Below are positions 58,211 to 64,000 of a stretch of DNA of 64,000 nucleotides, one piece after another. How positions within the stretch are numbered: position 1 is the stretch's first letter; each line of letters opens with the position of its first letter. Position numbers and translations under genes: made by a program. The DNA is from a virus (taxonomy: Duplodnaviria > Caudoviricetes), in IMG/VR virus record IMGVR_UViG_3300019365_000009, positions 2,229 through 66,228 of that record. One strand, 5' to 3'. Below the pieces are notes generated by a model. That model was not told the origin of the DNA and did not search any database. It saw nothing but the letters and a program-made list of their open reading frames with translations.

Positions 58211-59474
58211 CAAAATATTAGAGATGTTTTTCGACATCAAACGATGGACGTATGCCATTGATAAAGGTGTTGGAAAACATATCAACAAAGCTCATCTCTA
58301 CCAGCTCACCAAACCTGAGACCAGAGCAGCGATGTATGCCGCAATCAGGGATGGGAAATATGAAATAGCTCCACCTCATACGGCACAGATACCAAAGGAC
58401 AACGGAGATTTTCGCACAGTCTATATCAACGAGCCCGTTGACCGTGTATTCCTTAGCATTGCCAACGACCTCTTGTTTGAACTTATGCCTGAGATGATTC
58501 ATCCAGCTTGCCAGTCCTACCAAAAAGGGATAGGATGTGGTAAGATCGTGAAAGAAATATCTTGGAAAATATGCGAGACCAAGGGCGATGTCATTGGATG
58601 GAAATCTGATTTCAGCAAGTATTTCGATTCCGTTCCCATTCGGTTTATTGACGAAGCCTTTGATAAGGTGGAAGCCAAATACGGTCATTCAGCTATCATA
58701 GATGTGCTCCGTAAGTATTATCACTCCGACTGGTATTTTGATGCAGACGGCAATCTCCAGAAATCCTATCAATCACTCAAACAAGGCTGTTCGGTAGCCT
58801 CTTGGTTAGCCAATGTGGTTATGTTTAGTCTTGATGAACGATTGAGCAAGCTGGATGGCGAATATGTCCGCTATTCTGATGACGCTCTATTTGTCGGTCC
58901 TGATTATATGAGAGCAATGGAGATTATGTCTGAAGAAGTTGCTATGCGAGAAATGACACTCAATCCCAAAAAGATAGAGTATCTGACCCACACTCGATGG
59001 TTTAAGTTTCTTGGCTTTTCCATTATGGGCGCTTCCATCTCACTCAGCTCAACACGAATTAAGTCCTTTCAGAAAGAGATTGAGGCACGAACAATCCGTG
59101 CTAAGAATCTGAGCTTCAATAAAGCCATAAATCAGGTTAATAACTATCTTTATTTCGGGAATGGCGAATATAGCTGGGCCACCCAGGTTCTTCCGGTTAT
59201 CAATGTGCAAAAGGATGTTCAAATACTTTCCGTGTTTGTAGCGGATTGCTTGCGAGCAGTGATTACCGGCAAAACAAAAGTAGGCGGCCTGGGTTATGTG
59301 GCCAACAATCCTGATGGCTGTATTCAACGAGGTATTGGCCGAAACGTGAAAGCTAACCGTATCAAAACCGATAAGACGCTACCCGGCTACTACACTCTGG
59401 GATGTATGCAAAATGCACTCCGTACCAGTAAAGAGGTTTACAAGACCTTGGTAGCTAATCTTAATCGGAAATAA
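58203..59474 (+). CDS. reverse transcriptase of unassigned class (array-associated)
   Basis: RTVYINEPVDRVF, KSDFSKYFDSV, LKQGCSVASWLANV, YVRYSDD, LNPKK, FKFLGF; 423 aa from ATG 58203. Confidence 0.93.
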   Translation: MNDKILEMFFDIKRWTYAIDKGVGKHINKAHLYQLTKPETRAAMYAAIRDGKYEIAPPHTAQIPKDNGDFRTVYINEPVDRVFLSIANDLLFELMPEMIHPACQSYQKGIGCGKIVKEISWKICETKGDVIGWKSDFSKYFDSVPIRFIDEAFDKVEAKYGHSAIIDVLRKYYHSDWYFDADGNLQKSYQSLKQGCSVASWLANVVMFSLDERLSKLDGEYVRYSDDALFVGPDYMRAMEIMSEEVAMREMTLNPKKIEYLTHTRWFKFLGFSIMGASISLSSTRIKSFQKEIEARTIRAKNLSFNKAINQVNNYLYFGNGEYSWATQVLPVINVQKDVQILSVFVADCLRAVITGKTKVGGLGYVANNPDGCIQRGIGRNVKANRIKTDKTLPGYYTLGCMQNALRTSKEVYKTLVANLNRK

Positions 59475-59509
59475 GAAATAGATTGAGTGTGCAATGACTG
59501 ATAGAACGA

Positions 59510-60295
59510 CAATCCTTTCAGTGAAGGATCAACAACCCTACTGTGGGCCAGGAGCTATCGCTTTCCGTGGCCAACAGTATGGCAGGATCCTTCTGACATC
59601 GAATATCTAAAGTAACACACGATATTGTCTGACTATCAATTACCGAATATGCGGTCTTATCTGAAGGGTCAATCATTTAATTATACAGAAGATGCCAAGA
59701 TGGACCAAGTTTCATCATCTCTTGTCAGAGATGCTTTCACTGGTCCATCTGGGATATTCTGTAGAATATCAAACCAATAAAGCAACATATCACTGACATG
59801 ACAGATAGTATAAGCCAAGTATATGGCAGCGACCTGAGAGAATGATAAATTTAGCTGGGCTTCATTAAGCTGCCGCTGTAGGCCATACCTACCCTCCAGC
59901 GGCAGCCATAAAGCCCTTGCATCGAATGATTAAAGATATATACCATATCATCTTCAGCAGCTTAGTAATGCGACATTATGGTTCAAGAAAACAAAATTTA
60001 GTCATCCAGATTGTAATATGACTCAGGTTGCACCGGCGTTTCATTCCTTATCAGTCAATTACGCCGGTTTCACCTGAGTCATCCGTCTGGATTTCATCAG
60101 CACAATAAAGAAACGCATCACTGTTTTTGAGAGCCAGACCACCTTAGCACAAAGGAATTTTATCAAGATTGGCAAATTTAATAGAGCTGGATTTAATCCT
60201 GGATCTGAATCAACACCACCAGGTTAGCTACCTGGCTCAGTCGATTCCGATCCAGTCTATCCAGCTCCTTAATCGATCCGATAAAGAAATGTGTC
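59510..60295 (+). ncRNA. array of five structure-conserved hairpin units downstream of the RT
   Basis: Five long inverted repeats, each followed by ATC-N7-TAAAG (59598, 59768, 59921, 60096, 60272); no ORF of 60 aa or more; strand assumed from the RT. Confidence 0.8.
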
Positions 60296-60333
60296 AAGCC
60301 AATGAGATTATAATTTTTTAACTAAAAAATCAA

Positions 60334-60795
60334 ATGCAAAACATCTATTATGAAGTGATAGAGAAAGTTCAGAATGGAGCCAAATTCCAAGTTGACTTTC
60401 AGCAACGGAGTCTGAAAATTGATGGCAAATACATCATCAAGAACGGCGAGTATGAGGGTGAATTAGGAATTGAGGTATCTGATACTCCACTTCTAACCAT
60501 CGCTCAATTATTTCTCCGCTATCAGCATAGTTTGCCTTCGGAAAGAAGTGACAACAAAAGATACAGATACTTCAATCCACTTCCCGAGCATGAGCTTTCT
60601 GATAACGATATACTTTATGGCGAACCACGAGAAACTGCTCAAATCAAATTAGAACTTTATGTTCTGATAATGATTTTGAACGGCTCTCTTAAATGGGATG
60701 AATTTGCCAAGGACAAATGGTTCTGGCAATGCCCCTCAGCAAAAGAACTCATTATCCTCAAAGAATGGGTTGAACCTAAAAAAGAAAATAAATAA
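60334..60795 (+). CDS. hypothetical protein, first gene after the RT array
   Basis: 153-aa ORF with an A-rich leader. Confidence 0.75.
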   Translation: MQNIYYEVIEKVQNGAKFQVDFQQRSLKIDGKYIIKNGEYEGELGIEVSDTPLLTIAQLFLRYQHSLPSERSDNKRYRYFNPLPEHELSDNDILYGEPRETAQIKLELYVLIMILNGSLKWDEFAKDKWFWQCPSAKELIILKEWVEPKKENK

Positions 60796-60816
60796 CAAAC
60801 ACAAATATAAATCATT

Positions 60817-61851
60817 ATGGCAAAATTTAACGTACAGTGCCCTAAGTGTGGCGCAAACATCAAGATCAATGCACCCGAAGTCGTAGCAGTAGTTGCTCCC
60901 ATCTCAGCAATCCCAGTAGTCGCTGCTTTCCCGGCCAAGAAACTCAATGCCGCAGAAGCCAAAATCGAAGCTCTCCGCAGTGCCGATGTCAACGTCGAAA
61001 ACCTCTTCTCTATTCGTAGCACAAACGGTGCTTACGAAGTCGGCCGCTTCTCTGAAGGTCAATTTTCAGTCGTTTCTGACAATGACCCTATCTTTGCCGC
61101 TATCAAGGCCAGTCGCACAATTCCTGACCGTCGCTTGTTCCGTCGTTGGATTATGGCTCAGGTCTTTCACATGCTGTCCGAAAAGGACTGTAAGACCGGC
61201 AATCCCATCGGTTTCACTGCTGCTCTTCGCCGCAAGGGTTACAAGTATCAGTGGAAAATGGTAGTTGAAGAACTCCGCGTTCAGGCTAAGCTCTTCAACG
61301 ATGACCCTGAGAACTATGCAGAGCGCAATCGCTGGTTCAACAGAAGCGTGGTTATCCAGATGGCTAACGACTACATCAAGCTCGTCAAGAACATCGTAGG
61401 CACTATCCGTATTCGCCACTGCAAAGGCGTTCCTTATGTTCGTCTTGACGGCACTGACATCTTTGTTGATGACCTTCAGACAAGGGTGTATGCTTCGCTT
61501 GAAAAGCTGGTGAAATCAATAAAGAATACCCGCAATCCCGGCGCACTTCATAAAGCCACCGTAAACTTCTATCAGGCTGTAAAAAACACCTATCTGTTCT
61601 TTGATATGGAACAGTCCAAGGCTTTCAAAGACGCTTATAAGGGTGCCGGCGCTTTCTTCACATTGAAGAACCTCATTCTCTTCCATGATTGTGTGTTCCC
61701 CAAAATGGATCAGGAGGCTTCAATCGCTTATCTCAACTATCTGGTAAATGACAAGGATTTTGAGGGCTACAAGCTCTTCGGAGTTCTGAAAGACTTTCTG
61801 ATCACCAATCATATCGACATCGAGGCCAAGCAGAGAGAATGGCAAAAATAA
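60817..61851 (+). CDS. hypothetical protein with an N-terminal CxxC motif
   Basis: 344 aa with strong codon bias; CPKCG then a helical basic body. Confidence 0.8.
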   Translation: MAKFNVQCPKCGANIKINAPEVVAVVAPISAIPVVAAFPAKKLNAAEAKIEALRSADVNVENLFSIRSTNGAYEVGRFSEGQFSVVSDNDPIFAAIKASRTIPDRRLFRRWIMAQVFHMLSEKDCKTGNPIGFTAALRRKGYKYQWKMVVEELRVQAKLFNDDPENYAERNRWFNRSVVIQMANDYIKLVKNIVGTIRIRHCKGVPYVRLDGTDIFVDDLQTRVYASLEKLVKSIKNTRNPGALHKATVNFYQAVKNTYLFFDMEQSKAFKDAYKGAGAFFTLKNLILFHDCVFPKMDQEASIAYLNYLVNDKDFEGYKLFGVLKDFLITNHIDIEAKQREWQK

Positions 61852-61870
61852 AACTTCAAACACCAAAAAG

Positions 61871-62119
61871 ATGGAAAGCGATTTTATATTAAAGGCTACT
61901 GATAAGGAAGCTAAAGCCTTATTTGATAGCCAACTCGCAACTGTCAAACTGATGTCATTTATGGGCGACAAAGAATTATATCCAACTATGGATTATAATA
62001 GCAATGTCGTTCATAAATGGGAAGTTAAACTCCGTCATCGAGAAGATATTGGAGAACTCAGAGGCACTTATTCTTACGCAAAGTTAATGAATATTCTAAA
62101 ATCAAATCCCAATGGATGA
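61871..62119 (+). CDS. hypothetical protein
   Basis: Operon-packed ORF. Confidence 0.55.
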   Translation: MESDFILKATDKEAKALFDSQLATVKLMSFMGDKELYPTMDYNSNVVHKWEVKLRHREDIGELRGTYSYAKLMNILKSNPNG

Positions 62120-62360
62120 ATATACACGAAAACGTGTGATCCGAAAAATCCGTGAAGCCCACAATCTCTGCAAAATCCAGTCCATCACTTTCTTTCGTGA
62201 TGGGTCTGGAGTAGAGTTTATTTATACCGACCCAGTTGGCGATCATGGTCTGCCTTGTTTAATGTCATCTTCACTCAATATTGAAGATGCAATGGAGGCT
62301 ATATCTGGTATGCGCCTCAAAATAGGTGATATTCCAACCACCTTAAAAATTGAAAAATAA
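62112..62360 (+). CDS. hypothetical protein
   Basis: Operon-packed ORF. Confidence 0.6.
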   Translation: MDEYTRKRVIRKIREAHNLCKIQSITFFRDGSGVEFIYTDPVGDHGLPCLMSSSLNIEDAMEAISGMRLKIGDIPTTLKIEK

Positions 62361-62674
62361 TGGATAAGATTTTCAAAATCATCAGAATATCTGAGGATGG
62401 CATTCAGACTATGATACCGAAGTATTTTCAAAACTCTTATGGTGTATTAGAAAATGCTGTAACATTCAATATGCAGTTGCATCGAATTTCAAACATTTTA
62501 GATCCTATGCTAAGATTGCAGTATCGAAATGGGATAGCCATACCTGTTGGTCTTAATCCAAGAGAAAGAGCCTATGTTTCTTTTGGAACCGACATCTACT
62601 GTATTTCTGAAGTTTTTGAAAATGAAAAACCAAATTTTTCATTACTCTTTCAAGCAGCAAGTTTAGTAAACTAA
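62360..62674 (+). CDS. hypothetical protein
   Basis: TAATG stop/start overlap. Confidence 0.6.
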   Translation: MDKIFKIIRISEDGIQTMIPKYFQNSYGVLENAVTFNMQLHRISNILDPMLRLQYRNGIAIPVGLNPRERAYVSFGTDIYCISEVFENEKPNFSLLFQAASLVN

Positions 62675-62689
62675 AATAATAAATAAACA

Positions 62690-63628
62690 ATGAGCGACAA
62701 CACAAATACCCTTTTTAACGGGAAAGAGGTCTGGTGGTCAGATCCCGAAAACAAGACTTCAGGTGCTTACAAAGTGCTTGAAATCAAAAGAAATCCTGAT
62801 GACCCGGATGAAGGTCTCTATGATGACACCATCGTTCTCATCAGCAATGGCGTTTCCGAAGCAGAGGTTGAAGCCTGGGAGCTTCAAGACCTCGGACTCC
62901 GTAGAAAGCGCATTGAGGAATTTGTCAATCGTATCACAGCAATAGCCGAAGATGATGACTGGAGTGTTCACAATCACAGTGAGAACTACGATAAGGTAGA
63001 TCTCTATCTTTCCAAGTATTCCAATGCCGACCAGGATTTCGGTTTCTATGTCGAATGTGAGACAGGAGATGCAGATGAGTTTATCAATGCCGTTGAAGGG
63101 TACTATAACAGTTATGATCCCTATGAAGAAGCGGCTCTGTGGATAGACCCGGACGGTCATGGTAAAAACGGCGCACCTGATGACCTGAAAGACCTCATAG
63201 CCGACATGGAGGAATGTAAGGGCAATGTTAAGGGCCTGATTGACCTCCTGAGACAAGAACTGAAGGGAATAAAAATAGTTAAGCAGACCTATCATTCCCA
63301 GTATTCAGAGCGTGTGTATAATATTCGCACTGAGGTCATCGAAAGCATTTTCTATACTATCAAAGACATCTGTGAACAAACCCAAACTTGTTCAATTCTT
63401 TGGGATGACATCACTGGTCACGAAAACCCCGACATCTGTTATGAGAAAGACTCCGGCCCATCATCAGTATTGCCGGACACCATAGGTCTGACTGATGATG
63501 ACAAGGGGTTCTACATCACTTTCGCTTCATACTGCGATGCACCATCATCCAATGACGGAGAAAACATCTATACAGAGACTCTGATTGATATTTTGGAGTA
63601 TCTGGAAAATTATCGTTCCACTCTTTAA
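62690..63628 (+). CDS. acidic multi-domain hypothetical protein
   Basis: D/E-rich; WIDPDGHGKNGAP motif. Confidence 0.7.
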   Translation: MSDNTNTLFNGKEVWWSDPENKTSGAYKVLEIKRNPDDPDEGLYDDTIVLISNGVSEAEVEAWELQDLGLRRKRIEEFVNRITAIAEDDDWSVHNHSENYDKVDLYLSKYSNADQDFGFYVECETGDADEFINAVEGYYNSYDPYEEAALWIDPDGHGKNGAPDDLKDLIADMEECKGNVKGLIDLLRQELKGIKIVKQTYHSQYSERVYNIRTEVIESIFYTIKDICEQTQTCSILWDDITGHENPDICYEKDSGPSSVLPDTIGLTDDDKGFYITFASYCDAPSSNDGENIYTETLIDILEYLENYRSTL

Positions 63629-63639
63629 CTAAATTCGAC

Positions 63640-63822
63640 ATGGCAGCTAAAAAGGGCACTACCAAATCAACTTCTGAAACCCGTCCTGAAGATTACATAC
63701 CACAGAAAGGCAATAAAGCCACTCTCACTCTCGCCGACTTCTCAGATGACAACCTTTTTGGAGAACTGAGACGGCGTGGTTATCATGGCACGTTGCAATA
63801 TTCTAAAACCATAAATGTATGA
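63640..63822 (+). CDS. small hypothetical protein
   Basis: DFSDDNLFGELRRRGYHGTL motif. Confidence 0.55.
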   Translation: MAAKKGTTKSTSETRPEDYIPQKGNKATLTLADFSDDNLFGELRRRGYHGTLQYSKTINV

Positions 63823-64000
63823 ATCAAAGTAGCGCTGGAGAGGCGTATCATGAGAATCTGACAATTCGACTGAAAGAATGTTGTAAGGAGTGCCCTTTTA
63901 CTACAAGCAATCGCCCTTGCAAAAAGTCTAAGACCAACTGTTGTTTCTACAATATGACAATAGCAGAATATGTAGTAACGACATATTCTGAGAAAGTGCT

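Noticed and set aside
58203-59474. Classical retron RT
   Set aside because: Lacks the retron VTG motif in region 7 (has FKFLGF) and an obvious NAxxH; the structured RNA is downstream and multi-unit rather than a single upstream msr-msd.
59495-60284. Array of small peptide genes ending at the TAA of TAAAG
   Set aside because: Units 1 and 2 do have short ORFs (38 aa from 59495, 43 aa from 59649) ending there. Unit 3 has no in-frame ATG, and units 4 and 5 have in-frame stops (60019, 60270).
59475-60333. CRISPR array
   Set aside because: No identical direct repeats; only short boxes are conserved, units are 153-176 nt, and no cas genes are visible.
58203-60333. Group II intron
   Set aside because: I found no domain V/VI consensus downstream of the RT, no interrupted host gene and no endonuclease domain; the downstream region is a periodic array.
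59475-60333. Cluster of intrinsic terminators
   Set aside because: The stems are long and interrupted and are followed by ATC-N7-TAAAG, not by U-tracts.
1-64000. tRNA or rRNA genes
   Set aside because: None recognised by eye; tRNAscan-SE would be needed to exclude them.

Overview
64 kb of a large tailed-phage (or prophage) genome with a contractile tail. The host is probably Bacteroidota: there are TTTG-N19/20-TAnnTTTG promoters, no Shine-Dalgarno motifs, and DUF4494-like and PcfK/PcfJ-like genes. 1-34 kb is a minus-strand virion module (portal, head morphogenesis, Clp-type protease/scaffold, major capsid, two sheath paralogues, tube, frameshifted chaperone, 2292-aa tape measure, baseplate, fibres). 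A complete diversity-generating retroelement (DGR: RT, TR, avd, target 1) sits inside it. 34.5-41.5 kb holds middle-type genes (dUTPase, tyrosine recombinase), 41.5-43.7 kb is non-coding, and 43.7-64 kb is a dense plus-strand run of small, mostly acidic hypothetical genes. Two elements stand out in that last region. (1) A second DGR target gene lies ~50 kb from the TR. (2) The most novel-looking signal is a second, non-DGR reverse transcriptase (58203-59474) followed by a ~0.8 kb non-coding array of five ~153-176 nt units. Each unit is a long hairpin of unrelated sequence framed by conserved boxes (ATTTAR before, ATC-N7-TAAAG after). Family names are from motif recognition by eye, not from database searches.
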